The position numbers were made by a program, and so were the translations under genes. Positions 1 through 7,712 of a DNA stretch of 58,958 bases are shown here, in pieces. The notes beneath the pieces were generated by a model. It made no database searches. It had not been told where the DNA came from and worked only from the letters and a program-made list of their open reading frames with translations. How positions within the stretch are numbered: the stretch's first letter is position 1; each line of letters starts with the position of its first letter. Origin of the DNA: a bacterium (GTDB lineage: Bacteria > Patescibacteriota > Minisyncoccia > UBA6257). The stretch spans positions 1-58,958 of the forward strand of contig JBAMLJ010000028.1 of assembly GCA_039793615.1 (NCBI GenBank), given 5' to 3'.

Positions 1-175
1 TTAATTTTTTTAAACAGGAAGTACAAACAAGAATCCGCTTACCGCTACTAGTTTTATACCAATGTAAATTTGGTTTTTGGCGATGACGACTAGTAGGATT
101 ATAAGCAGAACGAGTTTTGACACGTGTTGTTGCTATATTATATTTTTTACCGCAAATAGCACAAACTCTAGCCAT
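1..175 (-). CDS. rpmB: 50S ribosomal protein L28 (C-terminal end runs off window start)
   Basis: Hand translation from the ATG at 175-173 gives MARVCAICGKKYNIATTRVKTRSAYNPTSRHRQKPNLHWYKTSSGKRILVCTSCLKKL. There is no stop before position 1. The size and basic pattern fit L28. It is shorter than the ORF-track cutoff. Confidence 0.75.
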   Translation of the reverse strand, partial: MARVCAICGKKYNIATTRVKTRSAYNPTSRHRQKPNLHWYKTSSGKRILVCTSCLKKL

Positions 176-404
176 ATTAATATTATTATTATTAAATTTT
201 TTAAATAAACCAATATTGCGTGATAAAAATTTATTCCAATATTGAATGCTCCACTCTAATTTTTTTATTAACTAAACAGCTCTTTTTATAATTCCAGAAT
301 GCTAGCCAAAGAGAGTAACCATCTAAAACCCATTTAAAACAAAACTATTAATTAAAAAACTGTCAAATATTTAAGCTGAAAAATTAAAGTAAAATAAAAA
401 AACT

Positions 405-542
405 TTAAAAAAGAGAGGGTTATTAGAAGGTCGATTTCAGCTTAAAACCAAGTGGGAATCCTCCCTTTTACCCCTCAGGATAAAAGACTCGGATCCCCTT
501 GTAGAAAAAAAATGACCTGAATCGTTTCCTCCTAATAACCCC
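405..542 (-). ncRNA. Unclassified structured RNA: rod-like hairpin with a large central internal loop (6S-like or SRP-like architecture, class not established)
   Basis: GC-richer island in an AT-rich spacer. Nested helices are 417-430/528-541, 432-440/517-524, 449-461/491-501 and 464-473/478-487 with tetraloop 474-477. Four non-Watson-Crick positions are G-U on the minus strand but A-C on the plus strand. A promoter lies just upstream, and the closing stem is followed by a U6 run on the minus strand. Confidence 0.5.
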
Positions 543-547
543 ATTGA

Positions 548-576
548 ATTATAACAAAATTTAAAATTTTTTACAA
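548..576 (-). promoter_or_regulatory. sigma70-type promoter with extended -10 driving the 405-542 RNA
   Basis: Minus strand reads TTGTAA (576-571), a 17-nt spacer, then TGT-TATAAT (556-548). The predicted start 6-7 nt downstream falls on the GGGG that opens the closing stem. Confidence 0.45.
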
Positions 577-582
577 ATTTCT

Positions 583-1188
583 TTATTCTAAAATACCATC
601 TAAATTAACATCATAGAGAATTGCTTCTTGAACCAAACGATAATTAATTATTTCCTCTGGTTTAAACCATACCAAAATTTCCTTTTCGGCATCACTCACC
701 GAACTTGAAGCATGAATTAAATTTCTTACCGCGCGGTTATCCAAATCAGCAATCTCATAAGAATCAATTGTAAAATCCCCTCTAATGGTACCAACATCAG
801 AAGATAATGGTTCAGTGCTACCTGTTATTTTACGAATAATCCCTACGGCATTCATCCCCTCCCAAATCATCAAAACAACCGGGCCAGAGGTTAAATAATT
901 TTTCAAGTTATTTAAAACTTTTTCTCCCACTTCTTGAGGATCATTACTTGGGGGTTCTAAACCCTTAGCTTTGTAAGCATTAATTGATTTTTCCCCTGCT
1001 TTTATTTTCCAATCAGGATCAACTAAATAATGTCTCTCAACTAATTCTGGTGTTGGCACTATCATTTTTAAAGCTACTAATTTCAAACCACTCTTTTCGT
1101 AGCGTTTAATAATTTCTCCGATTAATCCTCTTTGCACTCCATCTGGTTTAATAATTACTAAAGTTTTTTCTTTTTTATAATTTAGCAT
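583..1188 (-). CDS. ndk: Nucleoside diphosphate kinase, long form with internal insertions
   Basis: VIIKPDGVQRGLIGEIIKRYEKSGLKLVALKM, TIRGDF and the NLIHAS catalytic His region. It is 201 aa against a typical length of about 140-150 aa. Confidence 0.9.
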   Translation of the reverse strand: MLNYKKEKTLVIIKPDGVQRGLIGEIIKRYEKSGLKLVALKMIVPTPELVERHYLVDPDWKIKAGEKSINAYKAKGLEPPSNDPQEVGEKVLNNLKNYLTSGPVVLMIWEGMNAVGIIRKITGSTEPLSSDVGTIRGDFTIDSYEIADLDNRAVRNLIHASSSVSDAEKEILVWFKPEEIINYRLVQEAILYDVNLDGILE

Positions 1189-1246
1189 AGTTATATAAAA
1201 ATTTTATAATTTTATAATTTTTAAAATTTAATTTTTAATTATTTTT

Positions 1247-1315
1247 AATTTTTAAAATTTAATTATTTAGACTTCATTTAAAATTTAAAATTTAGCCTTT
1301 AAAATTTAAATGAAT
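1247..1315. repeat. 69-bp intergenic repeat, copy A (pairs with 25677-25745)
   Basis: aatttttaaaatttaattatttagacttcatttaaaatttaaaatttagcctttaaaatttaaatgaat. It is identical to copy B except for one t/c difference. Confidence 0.85.
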
Positions 1316-1336
1316 TATACTCAATACTCGATACTT
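1316..1336 (-). repeat. AGTATTN heptamer array ending in TATAAT
   Basis: Minus strand reads AAGTATCG AGTATTG AGTATAAT. It lies upstream of ndk. Confidence 0.7.
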
Positions 1337-1378
1337 ATTATTATTTGTCATTTGGAATTTATAATTTAACTCATTATG

Positions 1379-2788
1379 CTATTCTATTATCTTTAAATGT
1401 AATTCTTTTAATTGCCCGGGATCCAATTCTGCAGGGGCGTTCATCATTAAATCACGACCATCACCTGTTTTAGGAAAAGCAATTACCTCTCGAATAGAAG
1501 GTTCATTTTCTAAAATCATTAAAATACGATCAATTCCCAAAGCAATACCACCATGAGGAGGAACACCGTATTTAAAAGCTTCTAAAAGATGACCAAATTT
1601 ATTTTGGATTGCTTCTTCTGAATGTCCCATAATTTCAAAAATTGCCTTTAATAATTCTGGCTCATGAATTCTTAAGGAACCACCACCAACTTCATAACCA
1701 TTCAAAACAAAATCATATTGATGTGCCAAAGCCGCTTGAGGAGCTTGTTTTAAACGATTTATTAATTCATTTAATGTTTCTCCTTCTTTCATTTGAGGTC
1801 TAGTAAAAGGATGATGTACTGCATCAAAACGACGCTCACTTTCTTTCCATTCAAATAAAGGAAAATTAACTATAAAAGCCGGGGCTAATTCATCAGCATC
1901 GTTTTTGTTTACTCTTAAATCTGGCTTATCAGTTTGATATTTACTCATTACTTCTTGATAATCCAAACGCGGAAAAGGAAATTGTAAAATTTTTTTATGG
2001 GGATATAATTTTTCCACTAATTGTTTAAACAGATTTTCAATTAGACTTAAAATATCTTCTTCTTCGGGAAAATCCATTTCTAAATCCAATTGAGTAAATT
2101 CTGGCTGGCGGTCACCTCTAGTATCTTCATCACGAAAACAACGAGCAATTTGAAAATATCTCTCAAAACCGCTAACCATTAATAATTGTTTATATTGTTG
2201 TGGGCTTTGAGGTAAAGCATAAAATTTTCCCGGTGCTAAACGAGCAGGTACTACATAATCTCGCGCACCTTCTGGAGTAGATTTAGTTAAACTAGGAGTT
2301 TCGATTTCAATGAAATTGTGCTCAAAAAGAAAATCGCGAATAAATTTTGTAACATAAGCACGATTAATTAAATTTTTATGAAGTCTTCCTCTTCTTAAAT
2401 CAAGATAACGATATTTTAATCTTAAATCTTCTCCGATTTCTTTTCCATTAGTTGTTAAATCAAAAGGCGGTGTTAAAGCTTCATTAATAACTTCTAAATC
2501 AGTAATTTCGATTTCAATATTTCCGGTAACTAATTCTGGGTTTTCCATTCCTTTTGGTCTTTCCCGAACAATTCCTTTAATTTTAATCACCCATTCAGAG
2601 CGTAATTTATTAGCTAAATCATAAATCTCTTTTTTATTAGGCAAAAAAACTAACTGCACTATTCCAGTTTTATCTCTCAAATCAATAAAAATAATTTTTC
2701 CGTGATCCCTCCTTGAGTTTACCCACCCATAAAGAGTAATTTCTTGATTAAGGTAGTTTAAAGAATTTTTAATCCAAATTCTTTCCAT
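1379..2788 (-). CDS. aspS: Aspartyl-tRNA synthetase, bacterial type, lacking the GAD insertion domain
   Basis: OB-fold N-terminus, motif 2 FRDEDTRGDRQPEFTQLD, GGGSLRIH, and motif 3 GIALGIDR. Only about 12 aa separate DKPDLR from FIVNFPLFEW. Confidence 0.9.
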   Translation of the reverse strand: MERIWIKNSLNYLNQEITLYGWVNSRRDHGKIIFIDLRDKTGIVQLVFLPNKKEIYDLANKLRSEWVIKIKGIVRERPKGMENPELVTGNIEIEITDLEVINEALTPPFDLTTNGKEIGEDLRLKYRYLDLRRGRLHKNLINRAYVTKFIRDFLFEHNFIEIETPSLTKSTPEGARDYVVPARLAPGKFYALPQSPQQYKQLLMVSGFERYFQIARCFRDEDTRGDRQPEFTQLDLEMDFPEEEDILSLIENLFKQLVEKLYPHKKILQFPFPRLDYQEVMSKYQTDKPDLRVNKNDADELAPAFIVNFPLFEWKESERRFDAVHHPFTRPQMKEGETLNELINRLKQAPQAALAHQYDFVLNGYEVGGGSLRIHEPELLKAIFEIMGHSEEAIQNKFGHLLEAFKYGVPPHGGIALGIDRILMILENEPSIREVIAFPKTGDGRDLMMNAPAELDPGQLKELHLKIIE

Positions 2789-2849
2789 AATAAAAATTTT
2801 AATTTTTTATATCATACCCTAAAGTCGCATTTTATGCAATAGATTGTTA

Positions 2850-3695
2850 TTAAATATTTTCTGGCTTAATAAACAATCTTCCATTTTTAAAAATAAATTT
2901 AATCGTTCCGTTTAAATCAGTACGAAAAATTTTAATCTTTAAATTATTTAATCTTTCTAAAACAGTTTCGTGAGGTTCGTTAAATTTATTTTCACCCACT
3001 TCAATTACTGCTATTTCTGGTTTAATGCTTTCTAAGAATTCTAAAGAAGAAGCTGTTTTAGAGCCGTGATGCGCTACTTTTAAGATATCGATTTTTTCTT
3101 TAAAAATTTGTATTATTTGTTTTTCTATTTTAGCATCAATATCACCAGTAAAAAGAAATTTTCTTTGATTCAACTTTAGTAACACAACTAAACTTCGTTC
3201 GTTAACATTTAAATTCTTCAAAAAATTTTCATTAGGATAAATAATCAAAAAATAATTATTAAACCAAGAAATTTTTGTTCCTATCTTACCCCGCAAAAGT
3301 AAAACATTTTTATCTCTTAATGTCTTAATTAATTTTTGATAACGACTCGCGGGATAATTTAAATCATTAAGCAAAACTGCTCTAATTTTATAATGCTCTA
3401 AAAGAGAGAAAAGTCCATTAAAATGATCGGTATTAGGATGAGAAATAATAACCAAATCAATTGTTTTATCATAAAAAGGCAAAATTTTACTAATTTCAAA
3501 AAGAATTTGGTTATCGGGACCACTATCAATTAAAACATTTCCCGCCTTTGTTCTAATCAATTCACTATCCCCTTGTCCAATATTTAAAAAAGCGACCTCG
3601 TCATTTAAAAATAAAAAATCAAAAATAAGGTAATAGCAAAAAAGATTTAATAAAACAAAAAATAATACAGAAAAAAATAAAAATTTATTTTTCAT
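2850..3695 (-). CDS. ComEC-type metallo-beta-lactamase domain protein with its own N-terminal TM helix
   Basis: ISHPNTDHFNG (HxHxDH-like), AHHGS, and a hydrophobic N-terminus. It overlaps the upstream ComEC membrane-domain ORF by 11 nt. Confidence 0.75.
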   Translation of the reverse strand: MKNKFLFFSVLFFVLLNLFCYYLIFDFLFLNDEVAFLNIGQGDSELIRTKAGNVLIDSGPDNQILFEISKILPFYDKTIDLVIISHPNTDHFNGLFSLLEHYKIRAVLLNDLNYPASRYQKLIKTLRDKNVLLLRGKIGTKISWFNNYFLIIYPNENFLKNLNVNERSLVVLLKLNQRKFLFTGDIDAKIEKQIIQIFKEKIDILKVAHHGSKTASSLEFLESIKPEIAVIEVGENKFNEPHETVLERLNNLKIKIFRTDLNGTIKFIFKNGRLFIKPENI

Positions 3696-4782
3696 AAAAC
3701 GATGGGGTTAATTTTTTATTTTTAATAAAAAGTAAAACAAACAAAATAAAATAATAAATAAGTACTAATATTATAAATAAATGCGGAATAAAAATACGAA
3801 AAACATTTAAGTTTCCAAATATTTTTATTACCATTAAAAAATAATCTATTAAGAGTTTTAAAAACCAACTTGAAACTAATGCTAAAGAATTAAAAATAAA
3901 GGAAAGAAAAACAGTAATTAGACTTAAAATGAAAATCACTGGCATCATCGGAACAGTGAGAATATTAGTTAAGGGAGTAATTAAAGAAAATTCATGAAAA
4001 TAATAAATAATTAAAGGAAAAGTAAAAATAATTGCTGCAAGACACATTTTAAAATAATCAAAAATACTTAAAAGAAGTTTTGAAAATACATTTTGTTTAA
4101 TCAAATTATTTTCCTCTGCTCTAGATTGAGCAAATAAAGGATACAAACAAATTATTCCCATAGTTGCTAATACCGATAATTGAAAACCGATATCCTTAAA
4201 AATAATTAAAGGATTTACTAAAGCTAAAATTAAAATTGTAATAACTAAAGATCTAAAAGATTGATATTGACGATAATTTAAAAAAGCAAAAATCATTATC
4301 AAATTCATAAAAGCTGATCTCAGAATAGAGGCGGAAAAATCAGCCATCACTACATAGCTTAAAATAATTAAAATTAAAAAAGAAAACTTTAAAAATCGAG
4401 GTAATGGTAAAAAATTAAAAAAATAAAGAAAAATTTGTATTGTGATAGCTAAATGTAAGCCCGAAACAGCAAATAAATGAGAAAGGCCGCTTTTTTGAAT
4501 TAATTTCTTAATCGAAAAAGGTAAATTGTTTTTCTCGCCAAAAAGAAGACTCTTAACAACACTTAATTCTGGCTCTGATAATAAAAAATTAAAATTATCA
4601 ATGATTTTTTCCTGTAACAATTTAATTTTATTTCTAAAAAATAATGGTAGAAGTTGTTTATAAGATGAAGAAATTTGAGGATTGTATAAATTAAAAACAA
4701 GCTTAAATAAAATTATTAATAATATTAAAATCACCCCACCAATACGGAGTGATTTTAATATTATTCGTTTATCTAATTCCAC
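3685..4782 (-). CDS. ComEC/Rec2 competence membrane-channel domain protein
   Basis: Polytopic membrane protein with SGLSHLFAVSGLHLAI, the competence-domain signature. It has a GTG start at 4782. Confidence 0.75.
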   Translation of the reverse strand: MELDKRIILKSLRIGGVILILLIILFKLVFNLYNPQISSSYKQLLPLFFRNKIKLLQEKIIDNFNFLLSEPELSVVKSLLFGEKNNLPFSIKKLIQKSGLSHLFAVSGLHLAITIQIFLYFFNFLPLPRFLKFSFLILIILSYVVMADFSASILRSAFMNLIMIFAFLNYRQYQSFRSLVITILILALVNPLIIFKDIGFQLSVLATMGIICLYPLFAQSRAEENNLIKQNVFSKLLLSIFDYFKMCLAAIIFTFPLIIYYFHEFSLITPLTNILTVPMMPVIFILSLITVFLSFIFNSLALVSSWFLKLLIDYFLMVIKIFGNLNVFRIFIPHLFIILVLIYYFILFVLLFIKNKKLTPSFYEK

Positions 4783-5464
4783 ATTCTTTAAAGAATGGTT
4801 TTATTTGCTCAATAAGATCTTTTAAATCTTCCTCATCGAGTCCCTTAAGTTGAGTAAAACGAGGATCTAAAGTTTTAATTCCTTTAAAAATCTGAAGATA
4901 ATAAGCTCGCGCTGGTTTTATTAAATCGACAATTTTTAAAATATCTTCTTTTGTTACAATTTCGGGAGCGACAGTAGTACGAAATTCATAATCAATTCCG
5001 GAATCTTTGATTAATTTAATTGAGGTTAAAATATCTTCAACCGGAATTTGATTTAAAGTAACTAAATGATATTTTTCTAAACTAGTTTTCACATCCATCG
5101 CGAGATAATCAATTAATTTTTTTTCGAATAATTCTTTTAGAATTTCGGGCCGCGATCCATTACTATCCAATTTCACTAAATATCCTAATGATTTTACTTT
5201 TTCTAAAAAAGAAATTAAATCATAATGCAAAGTTGGTTCTCCTCCAGTAATACATAATCCTTCCAATAAACCCTTTCTTTCTTTTAAGAAATTTAAAACC
5301 TCTTCTTCGGAAATCTTTGGTTGTTTTTCGATTAATTCTGGTAAAACTAATTCTAAATTATGACAATAAGGACAACGGAAATTGCAACCCAAAGTAAAAA
5401 CCGTAGCCGCTATTTTGCCTGGATAATCTACCAAGGTAGTTTTTTGAAAGCCACCAAAAATCAT
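4769..5464 (-). CDS. nrdG: Anaerobic ribonucleoside-triphosphate reductase activating protein (radical SAM)
   Basis: CNFRCPYCHN radical-SAM cluster motif, directly downstream of nrdD. The start is placed at the first ATG (5464). The ORF track extends to a TTG at 5473. Confidence 0.85.
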   Translation of the reverse strand: MIFGGFQKTTLVDYPGKIAATVFTLGCNFRCPYCHNLELVLPELIEKQPKISEEEVLNFLKERKGLLEGLCITGGEPTLHYDLISFLEKVKSLGYLVKLDSNGSRPEILKELFEKKLIDYLAMDVKTSLEKYHLVTLNQIPVEDILTSIKLIKDSGIDYEFRTTVAPEIVTKEDILKIVDLIKPARAYYLQIFKGIKTLDPRFTQLKGLDEEDLKDLIEQIKPFFKECGIR

Positions 5465-5469
5465 AAAAA

Positions 5470-7575
5470 TCAAATCTTGAAAGTTTTTCTTTCTTTAAAT
5501 TCCTCTTGTTTACCAAAATGCCATTGTTGCACCGGACGAAGATAACCAACAATTCGTGAATAAACTTCGCATGGTTGTTCAATAGTACATTTAGGACAAA
5601 TAAAATGTTCTCCGGGAATATAACCATGAACGGGACAAATAGAAAAAGTAGGAGTTAAGGTAAAGTATGGCAAGCGGAATTTTTTAAAAACTGTTTTAAT
5701 TAAATTTTTTACAGTTTTATAATCAGAAATTGATTCTCCTAAAAAAGCATGAAAAACTGTTCCGCCTGTGTATTTTGTCTGGAGAGAATCTTGTAATTGC
5801 AAAGCCTCAAATAAATCATCAGTATAATTCACTGGTAGTTGAGTAGAATTAGTATAATATGGTTCTTTCTCACCAGCAGTAATAATATCAGGATATTTCT
5901 TTTTATCCTTTAAAGCCAAACGATAAGATGTTCCTTCAGCTGGAGTAGCTTCAAGATTATATAAATTACCAGTTTCTTCTTGATACTTTACTAATCGATT
6001 TCTCATATACTCCATTACTTCTTCAGTAAATTGAATACCCTTAGGATCCCCAATATTCACTCCCATAAAGTTTAATAAAGCTTCGTTCATTCCTAAAATG
6101 CCAATGGTTGAGAAATGATTAGCCCAATAATTTCCCCTCATTTTCTTAACTCCATCAAGATAATATTTTGAATAAGGATAAAGTCCTTTTTCAGTTAAAT
6201 CTTCTAAAACCTTTCTTTTAATTTCTAAACTAGTTTTTGCTAAGTCCATTAATTTTGTCAGACGATCGAAAAATTCTTTTTTAGTTTTTGATAAGTAGCC
6301 AATGCGCGGAAGATTAATAGTTACAACCCCAATAGAACCAGTTAAAGGATTAGCGCCAAATAAACCACCACCTCTTTTATATAATTCCCTATTATCTAAT
6401 CGCAAACGACAACACATGCTGCGAGCATCCTCTGGCTTCATATCGGAATTAATAAAATTAGAGAAATAAGGAATACCGTATTTAGCGGTCATTTTCCAAA
6501 TACCATCATAAACTTCGTTATCCCAATCAAAATCTTTAGTAATATTATAAGTTGGAATAGGAAAAGTAAAAACTCTACCAGTAGCATCGCCCTCAGTATA
6601 AACTTCTGTTAAAGCCTGATTTAAAATATCCATTTCTTTTTGAAAATCACCATAGACTTCTTTTTGCGGTTCTCCTCCAATTACTACAGGAGTATTTTTA
6701 TAGTAATCAGGAACTTTTAAATCTAAGGTAATATTAGTAAATGGAGTCTGAAAACCAACCCGTGTTGGTACATTGCAATTAAACATAAATTCCTGCAAAG
6801 CCTGTTTAACTTCTTGATAATTTAAATTATCGTATCTAATAAATGGTGCTAGTAAAGTATCGAAATTAGAAAATGCTTGAGCTCCCGCTGTTTCACCTTG
6901 TAAAGTATAAAAGTAATTAACAATTTGTCCTAAAGCAGAACGAAAATGCTTTGGTGGTTTAGATTGAATTTTTCCAAAAACTCCACCAAATCCTTTTTGT
7001 AGTAAATCAAATAAATCCCAACCACAGCAATAAGCTCCTAAAATATCTAAATCATGAAGATGCAAATCACCATCTTCATTAGCTTTTCTTATTTCGGGTG
7101 GATAAATCTTATTAAGCCAATATTTTTTGATTACATAAGAAGATACATAATGATTTAATCCCTGAAGGGAAAATGCCATATTACTATTTTCCTTAATTTC
7201 CCAATCGTTTCCGTTTAAATAATCATCTACTAAACTAATCGCCTCTTGGGTTGCTATTTGAGCTTCTCTTAATTGTCTTCTTTGCTCACGATAAAGAATA
7301 TATGCTTTGGCAGTTTCAGTAAAATTTTCTAAAATTAAAACTTCTTCTATGATATCTTGAATTTGCTCCACATGAGGCTTTTCCTCTTTTTTAAAACGAC
7401 GATTTAACAAAGTAATTACTTTTTTTGTAAGTTCCTGAGCATCTTTTTTACCTCCTTCATTAGTAGCGGTTAAAGCTTTAAAAATAGCTTCTTCAATTCT
7501 TGTTTTATCAAAAGGAACCTCTTTTCCGTCTCTCTTTATTACAGTTTTTATATAATTCAATTGTTTTACTTTCAT
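5470..7575 (-). CDS. nrdD: Anaerobic ribonucleoside-triphosphate reductase (class III) with N-terminal ATP-cone
   Basis: ATP-cone N-terminus (VIKRDGKEVPFDKTRIEEAI), a C-terminal Zn-Cys cluster CPVHG...CPKC, and the glycyl-radical motif SRIVGYLRP. Confidence 0.92.
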   Translation of the reverse strand: MKVKQLNYIKTVIKRDGKEVPFDKTRIEEAIFKALTATNEGGKKDAQELTKKVITLLNRRFKKEEKPHVEQIQDIIEEVLILENFTETAKAYILYREQRRQLREAQIATQEAISLVDDYLNGNDWEIKENSNMAFSLQGLNHYVSSYVIKKYWLNKIYPPEIRKANEDGDLHLHDLDILGAYCCGWDLFDLLQKGFGGVFGKIQSKPPKHFRSALGQIVNYFYTLQGETAGAQAFSNFDTLLAPFIRYDNLNYQEVKQALQEFMFNCNVPTRVGFQTPFTNITLDLKVPDYYKNTPVVIGGEPQKEVYGDFQKEMDILNQALTEVYTEGDATGRVFTFPIPTYNITKDFDWDNEVYDGIWKMTAKYGIPYFSNFINSDMKPEDARSMCCRLRLDNRELYKRGGGLFGANPLTGSIGVVTINLPRIGYLSKTKKEFFDRLTKLMDLAKTSLEIKRKVLEDLTEKGLYPYSKYYLDGVKKMRGNYWANHFSTIGILGMNEALLNFMGVNIGDPKGIQFTEEVMEYMRNRLVKYQEETGNLYNLEATPAEGTSYRLALKDKKKYPDIITAGEKEPYYTNSTQLPVNYTDDLFEALQLQDSLQTKYTGGTVFHAFLGESISDYKTVKNLIKTVFKKFRLPYFTLTPTFSICPVHGYIPGEHFICPKCTIEQPCEVYSRIVGYLRPVQQWHFGKQEEFKERKTFKI

Positions 7576-7604
7576 AGAGATGATAAATTAAAATTTAAAT
7601 TCAT

Positions 7605-7656
7605 GCTTGAAAAGTTTAAATTTGTAAAATTACAAAAATATTTTAAATTTTCAAGC
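7605..7656. promoter_or_regulatory. Long imperfect AT-rich inverted repeat in the nrdD upstream / ftsZ downstream spacer
   Basis: gcttgaaaagtttaaatttgtaa-aa-ttacaaaaatattttaaattttcaagc, with the perfect palindromic core tttgtaaaattacaaa. Confidence 0.3.
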
Positions 7657-7712
7657 AAGTAGTTAATTTATGATTTTATAAAAATTAAAAAATAAACTAA
7701 GTAATAAATAGT

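Noticed and set aside
405-542. Calling the rod-like RNA an SRP (4.5S) RNA
   Set aside because: I looked for the conserved domain IV features (a GNAR tetraloop closed by a short stem and flanked by AGG / AGCA symmetric-loop residues, plus the ACCA asymmetric loop). I found only a loose UCAGGUCA / AAGCUGA resemblance and a UGAG apical loop. The class is left open.
1200-1260. AT-rich tandem strings (taaaattt, aaaaatt and similar) considered as a CRISPR array or minisatellite
   Set aside because: The units are 6-8 nt with no unique spacers, and no cas genes are present. They are treated as part of the composite intergenic modules instead.
5470-5472. Possibility of an alternative genetic code (UGA recoding, as in some CPR lineages)
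   Set aside because: TGA terminates nrdD exactly where homologs end. All long conserved genes are intact under the standard code, with TAA, TAG and TGA as stops.
5358-5627. Tracked ORFs 5358-5627(-) and 5360-5545(+) across the nrdD/nrdG junction
   Set aside because: They lie entirely inside, or antisense to, the well-supported nrdD and nrdG reading frames. The peptides are low-complexity with no recognisable motifs.
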